The position numbers were made by a program, and so were the translations under genes. 39,649 nucleotides of DNA from Acanthaster planci (Eukaryota), in contig NW_019091356.1 in the NCBI RefSeq assembly GCF_001949145.1, positions 4,880,934 through 4,920,582 on the forward strand. The letters are read 5' to 3'. Shown here one piece after another: positions 23,372-36,600 of the stretch. Below the pieces are notes generated by a model. It searched no databases. It saw only the letters and a program-made list of their open reading frames with translations, and was not told the DNA's origin. How positions within the stretch are numbered: the first letter of the stretch is position 1; every line of letters starts with the position of its first letter.

Positions 23372-24545
23372 TGAAATGCCAATTTTGTGTTGATCTGAAG
23401 ATGCTGTAAATCTTAGGCATGGACTTATGACATTAACGTGCTCTTGTTGGGACACGTTGATATGCTATGTCTTTTACCTCTTCTGCGGTTAATTTGATGT
23501 AATATAAAGTTTAAAGTAAGTGTGTATTAAAGACAATTGACCATTGTTACTGCTATACATAAGAGGGTGGGTTAGTTTGTTGAGTGGTTTTCTCCGTTTC
23601 CTATAGTGATGAAAATGCTGATAGCAATCAGCTGAATATTGGAGTAATTTGAGAAATTCTGTGACTGGTTTACAACAAGTAAGTGTGAGTCGGTTCAAGG
23701 AATACAGTGTATTTATAGGCCATGATAAGCTTAGGTAACAAAGATTCTGTGCCTAGAGAAATGTGTACTCTAGAACAATAAGACATTAAAACAAATTACT
23801 TCCACAATCCACACCGGAAAAGTTACTAATTGTTTTTTTAATTACCTGTTCTTACTTGATAAACAAGGACTTTTCCTTTGTAATCTAACTCACCAGTTAA
23901 TATCAATTAGCTTTGAATAGAGAAATAAATAGCAAAGCGACATACTCGGCTTCCGGAGCATCCTCTTTTACCCTATTATAAAGATAGCATAAATAAAAAA
24001 TAAAAAGAAGTTAGACATCTGCCATGTTAAAGGAAATGCCCACCCACTGTTTATTCATGGCATCCCAGCTTAAATTTAAGAAAGGTCGTTTTAGCCTTGT
24101 CAGAACGTTTTGTCTTTTGCGTGTCATTCACATTAATTTACATTCGCATGAATAAAAAACACATCTTGGAAACGATGCTTAGCGCAAGCTGGTGTCCTCT
24201 TCATATCGATATTTATTAGCAATTTTCACAATCCTTCGTCTATTAAATTTCTGACTCAACGCGTGTCAGCGTGTAACATTCCTTCTTAATGCTTAAAGCG
24301 GCCTTTGCTATTGTCAAGATAATCAACCTTATCAATGCCGTCATATAGAAAGCTAGTCGTGATGTCAAGCTGTTACTTGTGGGTTTCTGTTAACAGTTAA
24401 ATAACAGGATTTTGCCAAGGTAACAAATGCATTTTAAAAAGGATCTTCTACAAGATCTCAAAATGAAGTAATCGATGAAAATAATTTTGGTACGGGTATT
24501 GGCTGGTGGTTGCTTCATTTCTGCTTTTGGCGTCGTGGTGAAGGG

Positions 24546-24616
24546 ATGGCAATTCTAAATTTTCTTCTTTTGGTGTTACATGTTCTCATTTACTATGACG
24601 TAGCTGCCCAACAAAT
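24546..24616 (+). CDS. Gene B first coding exon: signal peptide
   Basis: gggATGG start context; [23 protein letters not shown] has a hydrophobic core and a small-residue cleavage site. Strong donor AT|gtgagt whose phase 2 matches the next exon. Confidence 0.75.
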
Positions 24617-27600
24617 GTGAGTTCCTTTTTTTAAATTTTAAATTAAATTGGAATCAAACCGGCAGTTTGGAAGAAAAACCTTTTCATTTTAGTATTCTAT
24701 GTCTACTTAATAAGATTTAAACTACAGCAATTTCAGTTGTTTTTCGCAGATTTCTGGATTCATGGAGCGCGTGCATAATTATCACTAATTACCGACTCCG
24801 TGTTAAGTGTGGACTTGAAGCAGTTCTTGTTTTCTTAAAGTTTTTTTTAAGTTCAGATTATCAGCTAAAATGGTAATTTCAATGCGGATATAGTTGTGTT
24901 CTTTAAGTCCTCTAGTGTGTCTGCTCCTGTGTTAGGTGAGTGAGGCTTTTGGTTCTTAGGATAGACTTTTCACGCTCAGTTACTGCTCCGAAACTAAATT
25001 TTGTCATACCTAGAACTCATTTCTGCGATGATACGGTAACCAAGGATAGGACAGTGCAGGTTTCCCGGCAGAACTTAACTATACCCTGCCAGGAGGTTAA
25101 TCAGTACTTCGCCCTCGGGTTCCTACTGGATGACGAAACGACAGTGGGCATTGTTAAGGAGGATCCTACTGCAAACTGCTCGGTTTATAAGTAAGTCTAA
25201 ACAAGATGTCAAGAGACCGTGTTCTCTCTTTGATTAAGGGGCCACTGTACGTACATGATAACTTTCCTCCAGCTGTTATTTTTGTAAGCGCTTATAGGAT
25301 ACAACTCAAAGGTTCACTGTTGAGACACTTTATACTGACGTCAAACTATGAATTTGAATACTTGATTTTCACCACCGACGCCTTTTAAAAATGTCTAAAC
25401 TGTAACTCCAAAACTATTTCCCTATTTAATTTGACGCAATACGAAAGATTAAAATATTCTCGAGCAAAGTACAAAGACGTTTAAATGAAACATTTATTTG
25501 TGTAATTTCAAGGAATTTCAGCATTTTAATTAACAATAATGAAATTTATTAATTGAAAAGCAGTGATTTCTTCCCGTTTCGGGAAAAACCTTGTAGTTCC
25601 CTGAGTGTCAACATACAAAGCAAACCTTTCAGACTTCTTGTTTATTTTGCTCAAGATATTTGTTTATGAAATACACTTTACTTTCCGATGATTTGTATCT
25701 GGTTAATAGACCAGCTTCCCAGAAATTTGTCGAAGTTGAGGAAACAGCACGAAGAAAATGCTGCGAGGGATGGGAAGGAATGCTCTGTGATCGAGGTAAA
25801 ACTAGAAAAGAAGTTTAAAGTATTTCTAGGGATGGATTTGCGTCGGTGAGAAGTTAATTAATTTTGGATTACACGTCAGGCAGGACAAAAATCCAAAATT
25901 AAGTTCTGAGTAATTATTTTTAAAATCACGACATTTAGACCCCATGCAGCCATTGGATTTGAAGAAAGGGGAATATCTGGAATGCTTCATTTTGCTGTTA
26001 GAAAAAGTCATCAACGTTCACCCCGGAAATATAATTGGATTTAATGTAGACTTTGATCCATCCTCTTTATTGACTCAGCAATTTGCAATATTGGCTGCAA
26101 GAATTCAGGCACCTGCGTTGCGCCAAACAAGTGCGCATGCCCAGAGGGGTTTAAAGGTGACCAGTGTGAAGACCGGTTTGGTAAGTCGCCCTTTACCTAC
26201 ATAATAACTGCGATTTTCATAAAGATTGAACAAGTAATTCCAGGAATTGCTTCGTTTTCTATTTATTCATTAGCGATCCACTGTGGTGGGTTTTATTGAA
26301 GTACATCTTCAACCATTGAGACATGTCATATATATTGATAGTCAAATTTTTTTAACTTTTGAACCCAATTTGAATAATTAGATTTTATTGTTGTTGTCTT
26401 TAGATGAGAATGACCACTACTCGGAAGGTTTTGATGAAGGTATGAGCTTGAATTTGTCATTTTCAGTAGGCAATATCATTCTCTGAAAATTACAGCTCGC
26501 AACTCTTATGGAAGACAGGGTGGCACTTTCTCCTAGAGGTCACTGCCTTCTGAGCACTATCCAGACACAAAATATCTTTGCATCTTTACCAGCCACTCTG
26601 CTAACGAAAGTTGAAATATTTTGTGAAATTGTAGTTGACTTTCGTCCGCCTTTCGCAACTTGCATGATGTGGGGTACAAGTCACTACCGCACTTATGACG
26701 GTCGAAGGTTTGACTTCGAGGGGGGCTGCACGTACGCACTGTCTGCAGATGTTGAAGGCACTTGGAGCATTCATGTCAGTAACATGGAATGCGATAACCC
26801 TGAGACTTGCAAAAAGGTGAATGTGGAGAACGACTTAGATCACATACTTTGTTTCAGTTTGAGTGAAGATTCTACTACTGTATAATTCCATGTTTATTAT
26901 TATTTCAATCGTCAGTTTCGCCTTCGAGTACTGATAACAGCAAATTGCCTTTACAATGACGACTGCTTGGTGACTCACGTGCTATTTAATTACTTTTATT
27001 TCAATTCTCAGCGTTTAAAGTTTCAGCTTGGCCAAGACATCTTGGAAACCGAAGGAGGAATGATGGCATTCAATCGCAAAATCGTTGAATCCATCCCGTT
27101 TCAGACTAAAGGTTAATAATTCTCAATTTCTCAATATTTCATATTGTCAGTGTCATAATAATATTATGCCTCTTTTATACAGTATCTGAAAATGTCCTCC
27201 CAGATCTTTACACCCTTTATTGCACTGAAGGAAACGAATCTCATCAGTCGTTTTTTGTGGGGCGAACTTTAATTTTCCAGACATCTTCATAGAGAAGGAG
27301 GGTGATTTCTTTTATCTTGACTCGGGATCTGGTTGGAGAAGCAAGTTTGACAACGAATCCACCGTGTACGTCACACTAAATGAAGAGTTAATGGCGTCCG
27401 TTACTGGCTTGTGTGGTAACTATGACGGCAGTCCAGAGAGTACGTCAGTCTAATTCCTTGCAACAACAAAAACAAAAAATGTTTTGAAGAATACAAATAT
27501 TCTTTACAAAGAGATTGCATCTTTGGCCTTTGAATCAGAAGTAGAAATAAAGTTTCTCCGTAAAGCTGATGTAAAATCACTTAAAATCTATATTTCTGTG

Positions 27601-30600
27601 AAATTTACAATTTGGTTGTAGCTAAGTTGTTATATACTTATCAATCAATCTTGCAGATGATTTGACGACTAGGAATGGAAGCATTGCTTTAAATCCGATT
27701 GCCTTTGGACAAAGTTGGTCTGTTGAAGACGAAGAGGTAAAACGGTCAATCAATTTCCAATGGCAAAGCAAACCAATTAAATATATTTACTCTCGTTTAC
27801 TCTTCGTAGTCCCGCTTCTGCAATGTTGTGTGGACAAAATAGTCTTGTCCCCTAGCTTAGCTTACTTACCACAGACGTCTTACTGCTAAACTAATGAATT
27901 TGCACCTGCTAACTTCAATCCATTTGCAGGCATGTGCAGAGACAGTTTCACCATCGAGTCATCCCTGTCAGCAATACGAAGATTACCTAGATGATGCGCT
28001 GAAGCACTGTGATCGGTTGAGAGAAGAGCCATTCTCCGTTTGTAATCTGCAGGTTCATAGTGGCTTGATTCGCTCATTGCATGAGTTATAGATCCATCGA
28101 TTTATCGGTCACTTGGTTTCAGTTTCGGTTATTTTTTCTCTTGCTTGGACGCTTGTGGTTGACGGATTACTGACGTAGCTCATTGCTTGGGATGCTTGCT
28201 TGTCATTCACTTGTCTGCTTCAATCAGCAGAATGCTCATTTCTGAATTTCAGGTTGATCCTGGGCTTTACCACGATGCATGCCTGTATGATCTTTGCTTA
28301 CATGATCCTGATAATCGGGCGGTTCTGTGTTCATCATTGGAGGCCTATGTACGTGAATGCGCTAGTCTAGGCATTGCCATTTACTGGAGGGAAGATGGCT
28401 TCTGCGGTAAGTACAGTTTGGCATAGTTCTGTCTTTGGATTTACCTTCAGTATTTTTGGCTTTTTAAAGACTTAATTAAACGATGTCGTTTTGTACTAGT
28501 CAACCTTGGAAACTTAGGCAACATGGCATTATGAATTCGTTCAATTTGATCCACAGACTTTCCTTTACTAAGAGAAGAAATCTTACAAGTACAGGCCTAA
28601 TTCCCATTATTTGTTCTTGATTCAGAGAAATCATGCCCTGGTGGTCAGATCTACAAAGATTGTGGATCAGCCTGTCCAAGGACCTGCGCTTCTCTTAACT
28701 ACGGTCAAGACCTGGACTGTCCAGACACCTGTGTCCGTGGCTGTCAGTGTCCTGAAGATTTATATCTGGAAATTGAAGGAGATAAGTGTGTCACGGCTGA
28801 AGAGTGTTCCTGTTTGGTGAACAAAAGAGTATATCACCCTGGGGACATAATTCAGAAAGACTGCAATACATGGTGAGAATAAAATTGACATCCACGGAAA
28901 CTTTGCTATGTTTACATTCAATTTGTCATAGTTGGAAATGAAATCTTGTTTGCTTTATTGCACATACTGACTTGACAAAGAGTGGGAAGATGTTTATACG
29001 TGAATTAATACGAGCCAGTCACAATAGTGCGCCACCAAGAGTTTGCAACGCATTGGCCAATCAGAACACGCGAAATTTGTCGACCCTTTCCAAACGCACA
29101 ATAAGTCGACGAATTCCGCGCATTGCGATTGGCCAACGCGTTGCAAACTCTCGGTGGAGCACTATTGTGAAACAGCCGTATTGATGTATTACTTCTCTGC
29201 CGGGCTTTCGGTACATGTGTCATCACAATTAAAGATGTTTTGAATTTTAGCGTTTCATACTTTTAAAATCTTTAACAGCACATGGCGAGAAGGTCGCTGG
29301 GACTGCACTCACGATATCTGTGACGCTACCTGCTACGTCATTGGAGCATCTCACGTCATAACCTTTGATAAACATGAATATTCATTCCACGGAATGTGCG
29401 GATACACCTTGGTAGAGGTAAGTCAAATATCATTGTTATAATTTCTAATCTCTTTAGTCTTGACCAATGAATTTGCTTAACCTTTACGCACCTTGTCTTT
29501 TGTGAAGGACGCTAAAGGCAAATTCAAGATAGCGGCCGAGTTTACGGAATGTGGCAGCGGTGGAGAGGTTACATGTGTCAGTTACCTCAAGATTACCGTC
29601 GGCCAAACCACAGTGCAACTACATCAGAATCATGAAGTTGAGATAGACGGAGACATAGTGACACTGCCGTACCATTCAGACGAGTTTAACATCATCCAAG
29701 CGTCCTCGGTATACATGTTGTTTGAGAGCGCTGGGTTTCGTGTGATGTTGGATGGCTTGATGAGTGTGGAAGTCACCTTGGAAGCTGACTACAATTACGA
29801 GGTAAAGATTTGTAACAATGGAAGTGTGATAAGGCGTACAGTATATGTATTGAACCTGAGCCATCTAGAATTCTTATCAAGCCTCACACCTGCTCAATAA
29901 GTATTGATAAGGAAGTTGATTTTCCTAACCTATCTTGTTTAACTGTAGGTTGCTGGCTTGTGTGGTTCCTTCGATTACAACCAAGAAAATGACTTTACCA
30001 CACGCAGCCAAGATATTGTCTCCGATCCCTTTGTCTTCGTCAGTAGCTACAAAGTCATCCCATATTGCATGGACTTGGACGAGTCCAATGCTTTTGACGC
30101 TTGTGGAGTCAACTCTCAGTACGCAGCGCAGGCTGAGCGCCTGTGTGCGTCGCTTCGAGATGATGTCTTTGCAAAGTGTTCTTACGTTGTAGAGGATAAC
30201 TTTTATCACGAGATCTGCCTTGCTGATGCTTGTGGGTGTGGCGACAAGGAGGCGTGTTTGTGCAGTGTGATTCAGTCATACGCTCGACAGTGCGCCCTCA
30301 ACGGTCAAGTAATTGACGATTGGAGGAACATTTCTTCATTAGCTGATAGTTGCGGTAAACAGATTTATGCATATCATTTTTTTCACTGATTAGGTTAAAT
30401 TTACTGTACTCGTTAATTAATAACCCTAGCACTGATTGATCAGATAATTAACTGAAAACTCGCTTGGTTGAAAAATTGATTTATTGGACGGAAATCATAA
30501 TAACCTTTTTGTTCTGCTTTGAATCTTTTGGTGAAGGTAGCAGTTGGTTTGTGGCAGCATCACGGAAGGATATCTTTTTCTGAATATGTGTGGTTCTGAA

Positions 30601-33600
30601 AAGAATCGGAAAAAACTTTCATGTTCAAGTTCTTCCTATCGGCTGGGCTATACTTTAAGAGTTATGCCTGTAAATGCAAGTTTAAGGAGATGTACGCTTC
30701 TTTTATCGCAATTAGGTGTCATCTGTCCTCCTGGCCAAGTCTTCAGGGAATGCAGCTCAGCTTGTGGTCAGTCTTGCGCTGACATGCCCTACCTTGACCG
30801 TTGCTCAGACCGTAAATGCTTACCTGGATGCAGTTGTCCCGGCAACCAAGTCTTAAATAAGCACCATGTTTGTGTAAACGTATCTAGCTGTGAATGTGCT
30901 CATCTTGGGAAGACATATCAGCCGGAAGAGCTGATTCCTTCGCCGTGTCAGACATGGTGAGATAAGACACCATTGTTTTTATCCGGATGGCAGAACAAGA
31001 TGCTTCTTTGAATCTTTGAACTATGCAATACCTGCTTGTATCCAAAGTATCTTTAAACATGCTTTGGATGCGAAAATTTGGATGATAGATAGAGATAAAA
31101 TCTTTGAAATATACATCATCAGCGTGCCAACCCATATCATTTCTTCGGTTTTGTTGCAGTGTCTGTACTAACGGCTTGGTCACCTGTGAGATATTACCGA
31201 ATTGCCCTACCACGTTGGATTGTCCAAACAACTTGGTATTCTCTGAGCATGTGTCACAATGTGAACTGACTTGTAGTGACGTCAAGAGTATGATGCCATG
31301 TCCTTACCAGACAAAGCCTGGCTGTACCTGTCCAGAAGGACTTTTGCTTCACGTAAGTCACAGTCAAAGGATGATATTTGATTATTCTTTACATTTTGTA
31401 TCTGTATTGAAGAGGAAGGGGCATAGGATTAAACTATCAAACACTCCGACCAACATTGTATACTGACAATTTACATTCGAATTACAACTACGCAATAAGC
31501 AGTGGGTGACGCAGCACAAAAATCTTGAACAGTCATCTCTCTGACTAACCTAATCCCTTATAATCCAACACAATCAGGTTGATGTTTGCGTTGAACCGAG
31601 TGCCTGTCCTTGCACACACAATGGATTGATGTATGAGCCAGGATCAAGCATCATCGACAACTGCAATCATTGGTAGGTTACTTCGGAACAATATTTGACT
31701 TTATTGTTATTTATTTATTTATTTTTACAAAATTATAGATGTTTGTTCAATTTGTTTCCTTTTAATACAGCACTTGTCACAACAGAACATGGCGCTGCAC
31801 ATCGCATTCTTGTCCAGGTAAAAACTTCTTAAACAGTCCTGCCATAGCTAAAAGACTTTTGTTCTAAGCAGAACAACTGATGACTTACTTGTGAATCTCT
31901 TTCTTTTATCTAGCAACCTGCATGGCTGTCGGTGATGCCCATTACTCCACCTACGACGGCAGGTCTTATTCCTTCCCAGGGCGATGTCGTTACATCCTTA
32001 CGAAGGAGATTTACGGAAATTTCCTCGTAACCACCCAAAACGTTCCTTGTGGAACTGATGAAGTGATTTGTACCAAATGCCTACATGTTCACATCAAGAG
32101 TGTGTTAATAAAATTACTGCGTGGACGTCCTGTGATCGTGAATGACAACCCGGTGAATCTTCCTAAGGTTTATAATGAGATTACAATCCTTAAGAGCGGA
32201 GTGTTCACCATTATACGATGGGAAGAAAAGCTTGAGGTTCGATGGGATGGAGGTGAGATTTTACAATTCTATAATAGGGCAATTTATTTTAACATTTTAA
32301 CCTTCTTTGTCAAGAAGCACTTTTTTGCTGTTAGCAGTAAACGTGGACCGCATGCCGTTTATTTTTGGCTTTGGATTAAATCCCGAAATCGTGACAATAA
32401 TTGCAATGATTGTAGCTGCATATCCAAAAAGGCGTCCTAACTGCAAACCTTTGTCTTTGTACGAACAGCCACTCGCGTGTACATCAAGGTCTCTCCCCAT
32501 TTCGCTGGTAGTACGGTAGGCCTGTGCGGTAACTTCGATAACAATGCAGAGAATGACTTTACCAGTCGGTACGGAATGAAAGAAGCTCGAGCAGATATTT
32601 TTGGTAATAGTTGGAAGGACAATCCATTGTGCAGTGATGTAGACGGAAAGACACATCAAGATCAATGCCAGGTGAGATTGAACAAGAGCTAAGAACAGGT
32701 TTTGATGTGACTCTGTAGGTTCTGTCGATATCAGTTAGGGAAAGAAAATATGTGATGTTAAGAAACACCTGTTCCGGTGAGATGTTTGTTTGGATAGGCT
32801 AGCCTAATGCCAGTTTGGGCCGGCACAATGCCAGTTTGGGCTGGCGCACTTATCGTGCGCAATGCAGCATGTATTGCTGGCACCGGATCTGCCGACACAG
32901 AACTGCCATTTGGTCATTAATTTTTTAAAAACTTTTTCATAAATAATTATTTCAAGTGAACTGCATCTCATGTAATTTTTTCTCAGCTGAATCCCAACCG
33001 TATCACTTGGTCCAAAAGGCGGTGCAACATCTTGAGACATGAGATATTCCATCCATGTCATGAAGTTGTCAATCCAGAGATGTACATCAGATGGTGTGAA
33101 TACGACACATGTGGGTAAGGAACAGTTGGTACTTTTGTAAACTCGGTCAGTACGTTTGTGAACTCAGTATTTTTGTAAACTCCTGTTCATGGTAATCTTA
33201 CACTAAAGGAATCTTGCTTAAACCTGCATGCAGACTACATACTTTGTTCTTAAGTTGTTCAGCCTTGTTATATTTGGTATTTTGTAATTTTCTTCATCAG
33301 CTGCAGCTCCGAGTATGACTGCGAGTGTTTATGCATTGCCCTAGCTGCGTATGGTGAGGAATGCAACAGGCATGGTGTGCATATTCATTGGCGATCCGAG
33401 GATTTGTGCCGTAAGCACCATCATCTGCAGTATTCAGATCTCAGCCTTCAGAATGCAGCCTTCTATTCCACAAGAATTTCATTGCAAAATTTTTTTACGA
33501 TAATGATAAACAGAGGCAATATAAGGCATAAGCTATTTAAATGTTAATAGTTAGAGGCACCGATTCAAAGTAAACGGATAGCCTATATTTGCATCTACCA

Positions 33601-36600
33601 CACACTCAAAATCACATACCGGTGACAACTGAAGTGTTTACATCACTGTTCTTCACTTTGCATAGCCTACTTCTCAGAACCAGAGAAAACTTCCACATAC
33701 CTTCCATTCACAATGTACCAAACGACCCTATTTTCTTTTACGTTGCAGCTATGCAATGCGACTATGGCTACGTGTACAAGGTTTGTGGTCCTATCTGTCC
33801 TGTAACCTGCGATTCTCTGAGTGAAGAGGCACAGTGTGACTTCTGTAAGGGCTGTGTGGAAGGCTGCCATTGTCCAGATGGAACCATAGAACAATGTAAG
33901 TTATAGTCTGATTCAAAGTGTACCATCATTCTGAAACATGTCTTGAGTATACCTGGGTTCCTGTGCTTCAAAGATGACATATAATATCCAGACAGGATTC
34001 TCAGCAACTGTGTGCAAATACTCTCGAACACTCTGTTACCGCAGAACTTGACACAAGCCCATGAGTCCACTATCTGGTTCATAAGTAACTTCGTTACAAA
34101 GACGAAGCTGTGAATCGTGGCGGACGCACCACGATTTTAGGCTCCCATTGGACGAACGCTGAAGTTACGCGTTCACTTCTGGTTTCATGGTTCCATGTAA
34201 ACGGCGATCAATGCACATAACTGTATGTGCAGTGGGTGTACAGTGGGCGTGGTTTAAACTGAAGTGACGTCACACTAACGAACCGGATAAGCTTTAAGCA
34301 GTGGGCAGTAACTCCACTATCCCAGACAGGGGGAAAAAAAGCTCTAGGCTCAACAGATGAATTAACCGGATAAAGAACTTGATTCAGAGATTTTCTCAGT
34401 TATTTTGTCAGTCATGATTTCCATGCCGAGATTTTTGAACTGTTGCTTTATCTCTGCAGACGGCAAGTGTATATCTGCCGGTGATTGCACCTGTAAGCAT
34501 AATGGCGTACGATATCAACCAGCCACTAAGCTCATCATCGACTGCAAAAACTGGTAAAATGAAAATCCTGTGTTGCTTTGGCCTGTACTGGGAAAAACTG
34601 TTTCCCAAGGTTAGATAAAGTCATGAAGGAGCAGGAATAGCCGGGACGGTTTGGACAATTTAAAGTGCTATTTTTTTATTTATTGTTTCTTTAAAGTTGT
34701 ATTTTTTTGCATTTGACTTTCGCAGCACTTGTGAGAATGGCAAGTTCACTTGCGTAGGCGAACCATGCTTTGGTAAGTGAATGCCAATAAGCTATTGAGT
34801 ATTTTCTAAATCACATTTGAATTGAAATTTGAATGAAGAATGTCCAAATATATTAATAACCAGAGCCAAGATCCAAAATAAGAGAGTGGATGTTATTTTA
34901 TTCGTACAAGTATTAAACCTTTCATTTAAACCCAGGAGATTTGGTCAAATTTTGACCTGAACTAAAGAAAACCGAACCAACGTTTACACGTGTTTTTAAA
35001 GATTTCATTTTCTTGTTGTAAATGGTTTAGTTCACAATCAACAAAATGAGGCTTTCCAAAGTTTTGCACATAGCTGAACCAATTAGTTCCTTGTTGATCT
35101 AATTAAAACATTTATTTTGTTAATCATTACTGTTTTCAAGGTGTTCAGAATGGGTGTAATTCAGACGAGTTTCAATGCCTCAGTGGTCGTTGTATTCCTG
35201 CTGACTGGGCATGCGATACAGCCAACGACTGTGGTGACGGGTCTGATGAGCTCAACTGTAGTAAGTTACAATGTTTGGATCACTGTCATTCGTTTCAAAG
35301 ATGCCATACAAATATTAATAATATTTCAACATCATAGAAGTAAGCACCACTCCAGATTGATACCAGTACATGAAGTACAGTAGAATTAAGATTATAGCTG
35401 AAGGTTTTAACTGATTCTTCCTTGCGTTGAAAATTTCAGATGACATGACAAAAATATTAACTACTTAACAAACACTGGCGTAGGAAACGGGGCTGGGGGA
35501 CACGCTCCTCCTTAATAACGTCACTACCTCCGTCGCCCCATTTGAATTTTGGAAAACAAAGAAAATATTTATCAAGAAAAACTTGGACTAAGGCCCCCCT
35601 CCCCTGCATCCAGCTCCCCTACTCGCCCGAAGCAGTGAGAATTTTAGCTGTATTGCTGCTAGAATAACTCAACTGCCATTGAGGAGTTTTCAAAATACCT
35701 CACGATTGTTTCTTTGTGTTTTTTCAGCAATTAAATGTTGCCCTGACGAGTTCAAATGTGCAAATGGACAATGCATTGAAAGTGTTTTCCTGTGTGACGG
35801 GGTACCAGACTGTGCTGATCACTCAGATGAACACACCTGTCGTGAGTCTCTCTGCTGTTTCCTTTTTATTTTTTCCTTAACCACACAATTTGTCATTACC
35901 CGTCCGGCTGGAGTCAAAATTTTGGAAGATTCATCCTTGTCAAAAATGGCAAAGAAATAAATATCTTGAAGCCGTATTCTTTGTGCAGCGTCACAGGAGT
36001 GCAAGCGGGATCAGTTTCAATGCAAGAAAGGTCACTGTATCCCACTCCATTATCGATGTGATGGGGAATTTGACTGTGGTTTCAACGACACTACGGATGA
36101 AGATGGTTGTGGTAAGTAGAATGCGACCTACTTACCCCACAAAAGGAAATGAACTTGTATATTTTCCAAGAAAATCAAAGTTTGGTGTTATTAATTTCTT
36201 AAGACCAGGGAATTCCCTCAGCCAATGTAATACCCTTCAGAATGGCAAATAGCTTGTGGTGCTACTTCTGATCTCTACAATTAGGATTCGAATTTGGCTA
36301 GTTTTTTAAGTGTCAAGAAAGCTGTCGTTCCCTACTCAATTGTTGCATTTTTCTTCGAAAAACTGGGTTTTTTTACTCCTCTGTTAAAGGTAACATCTGA
36401 CGGCATTTTTTGTTTTCACAGCATTTGTCAAGGTTTGTTTTGAACACTACACAAGTACGAAATTTAATGTTTTGTTTCGTTGTAGTGAAAGCCCAAAGTT
36501 GTGACGTCCGAGAATTTCAGTGTTATGAGAGTGGAATGTGTTTACCATTAATTCATCAATGTGACGGACATGACGACTGTGGAGATGGCAGCGATGAATT

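Noticed and set aside
20309..24546. Genes A and B as one continuous gene
   Set aside because: A ends with CTCK, a stop codon and polyA signals; B begins with its own signal peptide and repeats exons homologous to the start of the window.
32807..32850. 21-bp tandem duplication (atgccagtttgggc...), and similar short duplications near 33125-33182 and 38643-38684
   Set aside because: Two- to three-copy intronic slippage repeats with no further structure.
35473..35630. GC-rich segment starting cactggcgtagg, possible hAT-type MITE
   Set aside because: The right TIR is too degenerate and no TSD could be found, so it is not reported as a feature.
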